This document shows positions 49,601-59,272 of a stretch of 64,000 nucleotides of DNA, piece after piece. The translations under genes were made by a program, and so were the position numbers. The stretch is taken from NCBI GenBank assembly GCA_029289235.1, contig JARFTZ010000052.1, positions 20,512-84,511 of the forward strand, written 5' to 3'. The notes beneath the pieces were generated by a model. The model saw only the letters and a list, made by a program, of their open reading frames with translations. It did not search any database and was not told the origin of the DNA. The DNA is from Gammaproteobacteria bacterium (lineage in GTDB: Bacteria; Pseudomonadota; Gammaproteobacteria; Burkholderiales; Rhodocyclaceae). Numbering within the stretch: position 1 is the first letter of the stretch; each line of letters starts with the position of its first letter.

Positions 49601-51181
49601 ATGATTGCCCATATCCCCACGATGTTTCTGATGATCATCGCCACCAGCGGAACCTTGGCGCTATCCGTCGGCTGGGTAACGCGTGCCGAGGATAAGGACG
49701 GATTACGGTTATGGACGGCAGCGCTGGCCCTGCAAACACTGGTTTTTGGTCTGTTTTTTCTGCGCAATCAGGTTCCCGACTTTTTCTCCATCCTGCTGGC
49801 CAATACGGGACTTTCCGTCAGCTATTCCCTTTTTCTGGCGGCAATTTGCCAGTTTCAGCAGCGCCGTCTGTCCCGGTTGCTGTTCTGGTGCCCGCCCTTG
49901 GTGCTGGCTGTGGCTTTTTCCTTTCTCATGGCCAACATCGGCGCGCGGATCATTGTCGGTGGATTGGTGTTCATCACGCAGATACTCCTCGTTTTCTGCT
50001 CTCTCCTGAGTCGCCGATACCGGGTAAATGGTCGCGGCAAATATCTGCTGGCCAGTGGCCTCGGCATCATGATCAGCGTGCTGGCGATGCGCATTTTGAG
50101 CGCCATCTTTGTGCCGGACCAGCTTACCAGTATATTGCGCGAGACACCGATTCAGGTCCTGACGTTTCTGGCGGCTTTCATCACGCTGATTCTGACGTCG
50201 AATGGTTTCGTCCTGATGATCAAGGAGCGCGCGGACGAGCGCATCCGGCTGATGGCCATGAAGGACCGGCTGACGGGTATCTGGAACCGCATTCGGCTGG
50301 AGGAGGCGGCGCAGGTGGAAATTGCCCGGCTTGACCGCTATGGCCATCCCGTCTCGCTGATCATGGTGGATCTGGATCATTTCAAAGAGATCAACGACCA
50401 GTTCGGTCATACGACGGGCGACGTGGTTCTGAAGGAATTCTGTGCGGTGGTGCAAGGGTGTATCCGCACGACCGATCTGCTGGGGCGCTGGGGCGGCGAG
50501 GAGTTCCTGATTCTGCTGCCCAATAGCGGTTTTGCCAGCGCCGCTCCGTTGGCCGAGCGGATTCGTGTTGCCGTCGAACAACATGAGTTTGCCGGTAGGC
50601 ACCGGATTACCGCGAGTCTGGGCTTTGCCGTATGCCAATCAACCGACACCTGGGATTCGTGGCTGGATCGTGCCGACAAGTCGCTGTATCGGGCCAAGAA
50701 CGCGGGGCGCAACCGCGTTGAAAACGAATGCCTGCAACAAGAATCCGGTCTGACCGCCGAGTCCGACAAGCACCTGTTGCAGCTGATGTGGCGCAAAGCT
50801 TATGAATCCGGCAATGCGCAGATCGACACCCAGCACCGCGCCTTGTTCGAGCACGCCAACACCCTGTTGAACGTGATTGTGGAGAACCGGCCCAAGACCG
50901 AAATTGCTCGCTTGATTGCCGCATTGATGGCAGAAATCGACCAGCATTTCCGTGATGAGGAAGCCATTTTTCAGCACGCTGCGTATCCGGATGGCGAATA
51001 CCACCGCGGGCTTCACGCTCACCTGTTACTGCGCGCCAGCCAGTTGGCCGGCCGTTTCGAGAAAGACCAGGTGGGTACAGGTGAACTGTTCCACTTTCTC
51101 GCGTATGAAGTGGTCGCGCAGCACATGTTGATCGAGGATCGGAAGTTTTTCCCCATGCTGACTGACCTTGTTCATTCGTAA
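49601..51181 (+). CDS. Membrane diguanylate cyclase with C-terminal bacteriohemerythrin domain
   Basis: Hydrophobic N-terminal 200 aa; DRLTG, RTTD I-site and GGEEF; hemerythrin ligand set H...HFRDEE...HRGLH...HMLIED. Confidence 0.9.
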   Translation: MIAHIPTMFLMIIATSGTLALSVGWVTRAEDKDGLRLWTAALALQTLVFGLFFLRNQVPDFFSILLANTGLSVSYSLFLAAICQFQQRRLSRLLFWCPPLVLAVAFSFLMANIGARIIVGGLVFITQILLVFCSLLSRRYRVNGRGKYLLASGLGIMISVLAMRILSAIFVPDQLTSILRETPIQVLTFLAAFITLILTSNGFVLMIKERADERIRLMAMKDRLTGIWNRIRLEEAAQVEIARLDRYGHPVSLIMVDLDHFKEINDQFGHTTGDVVLKEFCAVVQGCIRTTDLLGRWGGEEFLILLPNSGFASAAPLAERIRVAVEQHEFAGRHRITASLGFAVCQSTDTWDSWLDRADKSLYRAKNAGRNRVENECLQQESGLTAESDKHLLQLMWRKAYESGNAQIDTQHRALFEHANTLLNVIVENRPKTEIARLIAALMAEIDQHFRDEEAIFQHAAYPDGEYHRGLHAHLLLRASQLAGRFEKDQVGTGELFHFLAYEVVAQHMLIEDRKFFPMLTDLVHS

Positions 51182-51335
51182 CGCCATCAAGTCAAAGTCA
51201 CTTGCCCGTCTTGCGCAGAACGTCGAGGAACCGTTCGGCGAAGCTTGAAATCATTGCGTCAGCGGCATCGACGATGTTAATGGAGCTTGTGCTCAAGCAC
51301 CTATATCATCTGACTTTCTTTTTTCTCTCTCGGGA

Positions 51336-52997
51336 ATGATCTTCATGACTCTCAAAGCACGCATGTACATCCTGGGGTTGATCGCCGTCGCAGGAATCGT
51401 TTTTGCGGGCGGCTTTGGTCTCTATACGTTATCGGCCTTCAGAGCCAAGCTTGAGAATGACTTGGCCGAAGTTCGTTCGGGTGTCCATACGCTGGTGAAT
51501 CTTCAAAATGCTTCGATCGATTTCAAGACCCAGGTTCAGGAATGGAAAAACATTCTGATCAGGGGAAACAACGAAGACGAATTCAAGAAGTACGAGAAGG
51601 CGTTTTTTGACAAGGAAGGCGTCGTCCGCGATCGTCTGAAAAAAACGCTGGATACCCTCAGGAAAGACAGCGATCCGGCCAATGCCAAGGCGGTCGTCGC
51701 TCTCGAATCACTCGTCAAGGATCATGCAGAGTTGGGGGGAGCATACAAAGGCGCGCTTGCAACGTTCGACAAGGCGGACCCGGAGGCTGGCAAGAAAGTC
51801 GATCATGCGGTCAAGGGAAAAGACCGTGCGACAACCGAGGGAATCAACAAGATCGTGAGCGACCTCGAGGCGGGGGAGTTCGAACACCTTGAGCGTCAAA
51901 TGGAATCGGCTTATGCAACGTATGTCCAGTCGCGCAATCTGCTGATCGGCCTGATGGCGATCTGTTTTGCCCTTGCGGGAGGCGTCGTGCTCGTCACCGT
52001 TCGCCAGATCAATCGTCAAATCGCCCTGGTTCAGGAAGCGACGACAGGCATCAAGCAGACGCTGGATCTTACTCGGCGCATTCCGGTGTCCGGGAATCAC
52101 GAAATCGCCTACGTATCCGCCAGTGTCAACGGATTGCTCGATGAATTCCAGGCCGTTGTCCGCCGCATGAAAGAGGCAGGCAGGCATGTGTCCGGTGCTT
52201 CGGATGAGTTGGCCCATTCGGTCTCGAAACTGTCGGAAGCCGTGGAGCAACAGAATGAAGCGACGGCTTCGATGGCTGCTTCGGTGGAAGAAATGGCGGT
52301 TAGCGTCACACATGTTTCAGACTCTTCTTCGACCGCCAAGGAGATCGCCGGCGAGTCATTGACCAGCGCCGAAGGCGGCAAGCAGGTGATTGACCGAACG
52401 GCGCACGAAATGACGGAAATGGCCGAAAGCGTCAAGAGAACCTCCGGGTCAATGGAAATGCTGAGCAAGCGAGCAGACGAAATCGGCAGTATTGTCGGGG
52501 TCATCAAGGAAATTGCCGACCAGACCAACCTGCTCGCGCTCAATGCGGCAATCGAGGCCGCGCGCGCAGGGGAGCAAGGGCGGGGGTTCGCCGTGGTCGC
52601 TGACGAAGTTCGCAAGCTGGCGGAGAGGACGACCCAGTCGACTCTGGAGGTGGCTGATGTGATCTCGGCGATCCAGGGTGAGACGCGTACCGCCGTCGGC
52701 GACATGCATCGTATCGTCGAACAGGTGACGTCCAATGCCGACGGGGCACGCCAGGCCGGTGAATTGATGGTTCAGATCCGGGAAGGCGCAACCCGCGTCC
52801 TCGATACATCGTCGGAAATCGACAACGCGCTCAAGGAACAAAACATGGCCAGTACCCAGATAGCCAAGCAGGTGGAGGTGATCGCCTCGATGAGCGAAGA
52901 AAACACGGCTGCCATGAATGAAGCCAGGGAAGCTTCGGAAGAAATGAAGTCGCTGTCCACCGAAATGCACGACATGGTCGATAAATTCACGGTTTGA
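51336..52997 (+). CDS. Methyl-accepting chemotaxis protein (four-helix sensor, HAMP)
   Basis: Two TM segments, HAMP, and the signalling tip IADQTNLLALNAAIEAARAGEQGRGFAVVADEVRKLAE. Confidence 0.96.
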   Translation: MIFMTLKARMYILGLIAVAGIVFAGGFGLYTLSAFRAKLENDLAEVRSGVHTLVNLQNASIDFKTQVQEWKNILIRGNNEDEFKKYEKAFFDKEGVVRDRLKKTLDTLRKDSDPANAKAVVALESLVKDHAELGGAYKGALATFDKADPEAGKKVDHAVKGKDRATTEGINKIVSDLEAGEFEHLERQMESAYATYVQSRNLLIGLMAICFALAGGVVLVTVRQINRQIALVQEATTGIKQTLDLTRRIPVSGNHEIAYVSASVNGLLDEFQAVVRRMKEAGRHVSGASDELAHSVSKLSEAVEQQNEATASMAASVEEMAVSVTHVSDSSSTAKEIAGESLTSAEGGKQVIDRTAHEMTEMAESVKRTSGSMEMLSKRADEIGSIVGVIKEIADQTNLLALNAAIEAARAGEQGRGFAVVADEVRKLAERTTQSTLEVADVISAIQGETRTAVGDMHRIVEQVTSNADGARQAGELMVQIREGATRVLDTSSEIDNALKEQNMASTQIAKQVEVIASMSEENTAAMNEAREASEEMKSLSTEMHDMVDKFTV

Positions 52998-53035
52998 CCG
53001 GCGAAGCGGAAGCCCACGGGCTGTCAGGAGCAGAG

Positions 53036-54658
53036 CTACTTTGCCCCCGACAGCCGCTTCACCCCCACCACGAAGCGTTGCAGCGTCGCCGAGAGCACCC
53101 CGCGCGGCAGCGTGACTTCGATCAGGCGGAACTGGCCGCGGGTGGCGATGGCTTCGTCGAGCGCCGCTTTCAGCTCCGCGCGCGTGCCGACGCGCACGCC
53201 GTGACCGCCAAGACCGGCGGCCATTTCGGCGTAGCCCCAGTGGCCGAGGTCGTTGAACGAGGATTCGGGCTGGAAGGTGCGCAACATTTCCCAGCTGGCG
53301 TTGTTGAACAGCAGAACGATCGGGTCCCAGCCGTAGCGGCGGCAGTTGCCCAGCTCCCAGCCGGTCATCTGGAAGGCGCCGTCGCCGACGAGGATCAGCG
53401 GCCGCTGCCCGGTGGCTGCCTGGATGCCGAGGCCGGCCGGCACGCCGTAGCCCATCGTGGCGTAGTAGCCGGGGGCGACGAGCGGCGTGAATTCGATTTC
53501 CATCGCGGTGAACAGGCAGTCGCCCATGTCGGCGGCGATCGGCATTTTCCCGTGGACGGCCATCAGGTCGTTGACCGCCGTGGCGATGTCGGTCGGCGTC
53601 AGTGTCGCATCGTCGGAAACAAGGTTGCGGGGGAAGGACTGCCGCTGCGCCGTGATCGTCGCGCCGGCGTCCGGCGCAGTGGCGAGCAGGCGGTCGACGA
53701 GGGCGTTGAGCGGAATCTCGGCGTAGGTGTGGTAGCCGAGCGTGACCTGGCCGTCGAGCGCCTGGATCGTCTTGCGCAGGTCGATCTTTTGCTCGGAGAC
53801 GGCGAAGTTGGTGTCGCTGAGAATTTCGCCGAGCAGGAACAGGCCGTCCGATTCCTCGACCAGCCGCGTGACCTCGGGCAGGCCGGCGACGCCCATGTAG
53901 GTGCCGATCAGCGGCGCGTCGTGATGCACCAGCAGGCCGCGGCCCATGAAGCTGGTGACGACCGGCAGACCGAGGCGGCGCGAGAGTTGCGCGACCTTGT
54001 CTTCGAGGCCGAAGCGGCGCACTTCCACGCCGGCCATCAGCACCGGCGAGCGCGCATGCTTGAGGCGCGCGAGGATTTCGGCGACGCAGGCGTCGAGCGC
54101 GTCGTCGTCGATGTCCGGCGGCGCGGCACGGGGCACCGCGTCGCACGGTTGCGCCACCATGTCGCGCGGGATCTCGATATAGACCGGCTGCGAATGGTGC
54201 AGGCAGTTGCCGAGCACGCGGGCGATGTCGGCGGGCGCGCGGGCGGCGTCGTCGAGGCGCGCCTGGTCGCAGGTGATCTCGCGGTACATCTGGAACTGCG
54301 AATCGAGCGTCTTGGCCTGATGGTGCAGGAGCAGACCGGAACGCGATTCACCCTTTCCCGGCCCGCCGGAGAGCACGACGAGCGGCGACTTTTCGGCGTA
54401 GGCGGCAGCGACCGCGTTGACCATGTTCAGTGCGCCGGCGCCGTAGGTGACGGCGGCGACGCCGAGGCCCATGTTGACGCGTGCCGAGGCGTCGGCGGCA
54501 AAGCCGACCGCCGGTTCGTGCGAGAGCGTGTACAGCGGCAGAATCTGCGTCTGCTCGATGATGCGGAAGAAGGGCAGGGCGAAGTCGCCGGGGATGCCGA
54601 AGATTTGCTGCGCGCCGTGCGCTTTCAGTGCGTGCAGGAGGGATTCGGTGAGGTTCAT
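53036..54658 (-). CDS. ipdC: Indolepyruvate/phenylpyruvate decarboxylase (Azospirillum-type, ThDP-dependent)
   Basis: MNLTESLLHALK...FGIPGDFALPFF, SHEPAVGFAADA, VTYGAGALNMVN, LLHHQ, and the ThDP motif GDGAFQMTG...N. Confidence 0.9.
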   Translation of the reverse strand: MNLTESLLHALKAHGAQQIFGIPGDFALPFFRIIEQTQILPLYTLSHEPAVGFAADASARVNMGLGVAAVTYGAGALNMVNAVAAAYAEKSPLVVLSGGPGKGESRSGLLLHHQAKTLDSQFQMYREITCDQARLDDAARAPADIARVLGNCLHHSQPVYIEIPRDMVAQPCDAVPRAAPPDIDDDALDACVAEILARLKHARSPVLMAGVEVRRFGLEDKVAQLSRRLGLPVVTSFMGRGLLVHHDAPLIGTYMGVAGLPEVTRLVEESDGLFLLGEILSDTNFAVSEQKIDLRKTIQALDGQVTLGYHTYAEIPLNALVDRLLATAPDAGATITAQRQSFPRNLVSDDATLTPTDIATAVNDLMAVHGKMPIAADMGDCLFTAMEIEFTPLVAPGYYATMGYGVPAGLGIQAATGQRPLILVGDGAFQMTGWELGNCRRYGWDPIVLLFNNASWEMLRTFQPESSFNDLGHWGYAEMAAGLGGHGVRVGTRAELKAALDEAIATRGQFRLIEVTLPRGVLSATLQRFVVGVKRLSGAK

Positions 54659-54780
54659 GGGGAGGGGTCGATGAATGGTTATGATCTGCACATTCTGGCG
54701 CGACAAGGGTGAAAAGAGTGTTCGTTGTTGTGCTATAAACCGTTCAGGTGCGCAAGTTATGTGCGCAAATGGAGGTTAAT

Positions 54781-55305
54781 GTGCATGAAATAGTCCTCGA
54801 CCGCTACGATCTGGTGTTGCTCGATGCGTTGCAGCGTGACGCCAATGCGACTAACGCAGCGCTTGGCGCCGTCGTCAATCTTTCCGCCTCACAAATCAGC
54901 CGCCGCTTGCAGCGCCTGAACGAATCCGGGCTGATCGCGGGCTATGCGGCGCTGCTCGATCCGGTGGCCATCGGCCTGGGCGTGACCGCGTTCGCCCACG
55001 TTCTGCTGGAGCGTCACGGCCGGACGGAATCGGCGGCTTTCGAGAATGCCGTGGCAGCCATCCCCGAGGTGCTGGAATGCCACTCGGTGACCGGCGATGC
55101 CGACTACTTTCTGCGTATCGTCGCCCCCGATCTGCAGGCGTTTTCCGAACTGATGATGTCGCACGTGCTGCGGCTGCCTGGCGTGGCACACGTGAAGAGC
55201 AGCATCGCGCTGCAGAAGGTCAAGCAGACGCATGTGCTGCCGCTCGATCACGTGGCGCAGTCGGCGATGCGTCAGAAGACCCCGGTTCGCTACGCTGGCG
55301 GCTAA
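54781..55305 (+). CDS. Lrp/AsnC-family regulator
   Basis: LDRYDLVLLDALQRD...HTH, IPEVLECHSVTGDADYFLRI; GTG after GGAGG; divergent from ipdC. Confidence 0.92.
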   Translation: MHEIVLDRYDLVLLDALQRDANATNAALGAVVNLSASQISRRLQRLNESGLIAGYAALLDPVAIGLGVTAFAHVLLERHGRTESAAFENAVAAIPEVLECHSVTGDADYFLRIVAPDLQAFSELMMSHVLRLPGVAHVKSSIALQKVKQTHVLPLDHVAQSAMRQKTPVRYAGG

Positions 55306-55345
55306 AATGGCGTCGTTCCCGCCGCGCAACGCCGGATTTCCCACG

Positions 55346-56674
55346 ATGAACGACCCCGCAGTACCACACGATCACCTCATCGCCTGCCACGAGTGCGATC
55401 TCGTCCAGCGCGTGGTCGATGTGCCGATCGACGCGCCGGGGAACCTCGCGCTGCGCTGCCGGCGCTGCAACGGCGTCCTGTTGCGGCATCCCGGCAAGCC
55501 ACTGGACCACGCCGTCGCGTGGAGCCTGACGGGACTGATACTGTTGTTGCTGGCCAATGTCTTTCCGGTCGTCAGCCTTTCAGTAAGCGGCCAGCACACC
55601 GAAACGTCGCTGTTTTCCGGCGCGCTCGCCTTGTCGCGGGCCGGACAGTCCGGCGTGGCGGCGCTGGTCATCGGTGTGCTGATCGTCGCGCCGGCACTGC
55701 TGTTCCTGCTGCAGGTCGGCATTCTCCTGCCGTTGCGCTTCGGGCGCGTCGTTCCGCATTTCACGCGCTTGATGCGCGTCCTGACGGCGGCGTCGCACTG
55801 GCTGATGTTCGATGTGTTCATGCTCGCCATCATCGTGGCCATGGTGAAGCTCTCGCACCTCGCGGACGTGTCGCCGGGCTACGGGCTCTGGGCGTTCCTG
55901 GCCTTGATGCTGGCTTCGGTGGCGTCAGCCACATCCTACGACCTGCATTCCGTGTGGGCGTGTTATGCGGACCTGTCGCGGCGGGTCATTCCTCCGGTTG
56001 TGCATCGAAATCGGGCGGCGGGAGGGCGGCGCTTTTCCGCATTGTCGCGCGGACTGGTCTGCTGCCCGGCCTGCGGACTGCTCAGTCACTGGCCGGGTGA
56101 TGGCGAGACGCAGCGCAGGCATTGCCCCCGCTGCGGCGCCACGCTGCACCGGCGCAAGATGGACAGCCTGGGGCGGACCTGGGCGCTGCTGATCGCCGGG
56201 TACATCCTGCTCGTTCCGGCGAACATCCTGCCGATCACGGTCACCCGCTCGCTGTTCGGCGAGCAGGCCGACACGATCATGAGCAGCGTCGCCTATTTCT
56301 GGCACGACGGGGCCTACGATCTGGCGATCGTCATCTTCACCGCGAGCATCTTCGTGCCGCTCGCCAAGCTGCTGGCGCTGACTTTCCTCACCTATTCGGC
56401 GCAGCGGCGGATGCGCTGGGAGCCGCTGCAGCGCACGCGGCTGTACCGGATGGTCGAATTCGTCGGCAAATGGTCGATGCTCGACATCTTCGTCGTGGCC
56501 TTGCTGGCGCAACTGGTGCAGTTTTCGTCGCTGGCAGCGATCGACCCCGGCCCCGGCGCCATCGCCTTCGCCGCGGTGGTCGTCATCACGATGTTCGCCG
56601 CGATGTCCTTTGATTCCCGGTTGTTGTGGGATCCGCAGGAACAACGTTATCCAACAGGAGATTCCCTTGGTTGA
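55346..56674 (+). CDS. pqiA: Paraquat-inducible protein A (double PqiA domain)
   Basis: Two CxxC...CxxC plus membrane repeats (CHECD, CRRCN; CPACG, CPRCG); WLMFDVF and KWSMLDIFV motifs. Confidence 0.9.
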   Translation: MNDPAVPHDHLIACHECDLVQRVVDVPIDAPGNLALRCRRCNGVLLRHPGKPLDHAVAWSLTGLILLLLANVFPVVSLSVSGQHTETSLFSGALALSRAGQSGVAALVIGVLIVAPALLFLLQVGILLPLRFGRVVPHFTRLMRVLTAASHWLMFDVFMLAIIVAMVKLSHLADVSPGYGLWAFLALMLASVASATSYDLHSVWACYADLSRRVIPPVVHRNRAAGGRRFSALSRGLVCCPACGLLSHWPGDGETQRRHCPRCGATLHRRKMDSLGRTWALLIAGYILLVPANILPITVTRSLFGEQADTIMSSVAYFWHDGAYDLAIVIFTASIFVPLAKLLALTFLTYSAQRRMRWEPLQRTRLYRMVEFVGKWSMLDIFVVALLAQLVQFSSLAAIDPGPGAIAFAAVVVITMFAAMSFDSRLLWDPQEQRYPTGDSLG

Positions 56675-58223
56675 TTTTTCCGAGATGCCCCCGGACGAGA
56701 TTCCGACGGCCGTTGTCGAGCCGCGGAAAACCCGCTGGTCGCTGGTCTGGCTGGTGCCACTGATCGCTCTCCTGATCGGCGTCGGGCTGGTCGTCCGCAC
56801 GGCGATGCAGCGCGGGCCGGACATCGAAGTGAGCTTCAGGACCGCCGACGGGATCGAGCCGGGCAAAACCAAGGTGCGTTTCAAGAACGTCGAGATCGGC
56901 ACCGTCGAGCGGGTAGAGCTCGCCAGCGACCTGCAGAACGTCCGCGCCGTGATCCGCATGGCCAAGTCGGCCGAGCCGCTGCTGGTGGAGGACGCGCGTT
57001 TCTGGGTGGAGCGTCCACGCGTCAGCGGCACCAATATCGAGGGGCTGGGAACGCTGTTCTCGGGGGCGTTCATCGGCATGGACGTCGGCAAGTCGAGCGT
57101 GGAGAAGCGCGAGTTTCAGGGGCTCGATCGTGCGCCACTCGTCGCCTTTACCGAGCCGGGCAGCCATTACCTGCTGCGGGCGAACCAGCTCGGATCGCTT
57201 GATACCGGAACGCAGGTCTACTACCGGCGGATGGCCGTCGGACAGGTTGTCAACTACGAGATGGATCGGGAAGGGAAGGGCGTCAACATCCAGGTTTTCG
57301 TCCGGGCGCCGTATGACAAGTTCGTCAATTCGGAGACCCGCTTCTGGGAAGCGAGCGGCATCGACGTTGAGCTCAGCGCCGGCGGTGTCCGTGTCGATAC
57401 GCAGTCGTTCAATGCCTTGCTGTCAGGCGGTATCGCCTTCGAGACACGCGGCGACGCCGCTGCGGCACAGCCGGTCGGGGCCGACGCGGTTTTCCGGCTG
57501 TTCGAGCGCAAGGGGCAGGCAATGGCTCTCGAAGATTCCGAGGTGATCCAGGTACGCATGCTTTTCGACGAGTCGATCCGTGGCTTGACGGTCGGCGCAC
57601 CGGTGGACTTCCGCGGCTTCGAGGTCGGCAAGGTGACGAACCTTGGCGGCGAAATCGACGGCAAAAACGGCGTGATCAAAATGGCTGTCGACATGGAGCT
57701 ATATCCCAACCGCCTGGGCAAGATCAACATCCGCAAGGGGAAAACAGTGAAGTCCGTGCGCGAGGGGCTGGATGTCCTGGTGGCCGGGGGACTGCGCGGG
57801 CAGTTGCGTACCGGCAGCCTTGTTTCCGGGCAGTTGCTGATCTCGCTCGACTACTTCAAGGACGCGCCGCGCGCGGCGGTGGCCTGGGACAGCGCGCCGC
57901 CGATCCTGCCGACGATTCCCGGTTCGCTGGTCAAGTTCGAACAGCAGGCCGCCGAGCTGATCTTGCAGGTGGGAGAACTCGTCAAGAAGCTCGACGCCTT
58001 GCCGCTGGACAAGATTTCCGAAGACGTGCGCGACGCGATCAAGGCGCTCGACGGCACGTTGAAGAGTGTCGAGCGGCAACTGGCCGACGATTCCATGCTG
58101 CAGCAGGACCTGCGCGAAACCCTGCGCGAAGTGTCGCGGGCCGCGGCGGAGGCGCGTACTGTTCTCGAATACCAGTCACGCCATCCCGAGTCGCTGATCC
58201 GGGGCAAGGCCAGGGAGGAGTAG
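56667..58223 (+). CDS. pqiB: MCE/MlaD-domain intermembrane transport protein PqiB
   Basis: WSLVWLVPLIALLIG TM; three MCE repeats (GIEPGKTKVRFKNVEIG, GSLDTGTQVYYR, GLTVGAPVDFRG); C-terminal HPESLIRGK. TTG 56667 follows AGGAG; ATG 56685 is the alternative. Confidence 0.92.
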   Translation: MVDFSEMPPDEIPTAVVEPRKTRWSLVWLVPLIALLIGVGLVVRTAMQRGPDIEVSFRTADGIEPGKTKVRFKNVEIGTVERVELASDLQNVRAVIRMAKSAEPLLVEDARFWVERPRVSGTNIEGLGTLFSGAFIGMDVGKSSVEKREFQGLDRAPLVAFTEPGSHYLLRANQLGSLDTGTQVYYRRMAVGQVVNYEMDREGKGVNIQVFVRAPYDKFVNSETRFWEASGIDVELSAGGVRVDTQSFNALLSGGIAFETRGDAAAAQPVGADAVFRLFERKGQAMALEDSEVIQVRMLFDESIRGLTVGAPVDFRGFEVGKVTNLGGEIDGKNGVIKMAVDMELYPNRLGKINIRKGKTVKSVREGLDVLVAGGLRGQLRTGSLVSGQLLISLDYFKDAPRAAVAWDSAPPILPTIPGSLVKFEQQAAELILQVGELVKKLDALPLDKISEDVRDAIKALDGTLKSVERQLADDSMLQQDLRETLREVSRAAAEARTVLEYQSRHPESLIRGKAREE

Positions 58224-58226
58224 TTC

Positions 58227-58829
58227 ATGAAGAAGGTTCTGCCGGCGCTGGTGCTTGGCGCATTTTTGCTTGTCGCCTGCGGCACGACGCCGCCGTCACG
58301 TCTCTACACCCTCGGCACCGAGGCGGTGGCGGGCGATCGCGTCGCGACGAATGCCGGGTCGCAGCGCATCGAACTCGTCTCCGTACGTATCCCCGAGTTG
58401 TGGGACCGGCCGCAGATCGTGCTGACGAAATCGGCGAACGAGGTCGGGATCAGCGAGTTCCACCGCTGGGCGGCGCCGCTCAAGAGCGAGGTGCCGCGCG
58501 TCGTCGCGCGTGACCTGAGACGCCTGCTAGGCGCCCCGGATGTCTGGCTGCGCGACGATTTCGCCGGCGCGAAACCCGACCTGCGCGTGCAGGTGACGAT
58601 CGAACGGATCGACGCGGTGGCCGGCCAGGGTATCCAGCTTGACGCGGCCTGGGCGATTCGCCCCGTTTCGGGCGATGTGGCGGCGGTGGGGCGAACGACG
58701 ATTATCGAGCCGATCTCCGGTACTGCTTACGAGACGGTGGTCACGGCCCTGCGCAGCGCGCTGTCGCGAATGAGCGCAGCACTGGCGAAGGATATTGCCA
58801 CGGTGCCGGGCGGTTCTGGCGGTCGGTGA
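58227..58829 (+). CDS. pqiC: PqiC-family outer-membrane lipoprotein
   Basis: Lipobox LVAC; LWDRPQIV, HRWAAPL; third gene of pqiABC. Confidence 0.88.
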   Translation: MKKVLPALVLGAFLLVACGTTPPSRLYTLGTEAVAGDRVATNAGSQRIELVSVRIPELWDRPQIVLTKSANEVGISEFHRWAAPLKSEVPRVVARDLRRLLGAPDVWLRDDFAGAKPDLRVQVTIERIDAVAGQGIQLDAAWAIRPVSGDVAAVGRTTIIEPISGTAYETVVTALRSALSRMSAALAKDIATVPGGSGGR

Positions 58830-58942
58830 TGTGGATGGAGGTTCAACGCATAGGTGCGCAGCCCCGCCGGTGCATTCCAGGATCGCACCGCTGGTACAGG
58901 TAGCGATCCGCCGGTCCGGCAAGGACTGTGCGAGGGAAAGAA

Positions 58943-59272
58943 TCATGCCGACCGGACTTTGTCCTGGCGGATTCTGCGGTGCTGTTTCGCGGGGAATCGC
59001 GCCAGCGTCATCGCCACAGCCACGGCGCTTGCGGCCGACAGCATTACCCACACCAGCACCGCCATCGAGGGCCGGTCGGCTATCAGGCAGGTGTGAAGCG
59101 ACAGCAACAAGGCTCCGGAACCCAGAGCGCGGAGCAGGCGCCGCGCCCTGATTGCCTTGGTCGCAGGATGGTGCATCACCTGACGCCAGTGCGTTTCCAT
59201 AGCCAGCGCCAGCCCGGCCATCCCGGCCAGATTGAGGACGACCGCAGCCGCCAGCCACAGCGTTTCAGACAT
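58943..59272 (-). CDS. DUF3325-like small membrane protein
   Basis: LAGMAGLALAMETHWRQV...LRALG, three hydrophobic helices; last gene of the PepSY operon. Confidence 0.78.
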   Translation of the reverse strand: MSETLWLAAAVVLNLAGMAGLALAMETHWRQVMHHPATKAIRARRLLRALGSGALLLSLHTCLIADRPSMAVLVWVMLSAASAVAVAMTLARFPAKQHRRIRQDKVRSA

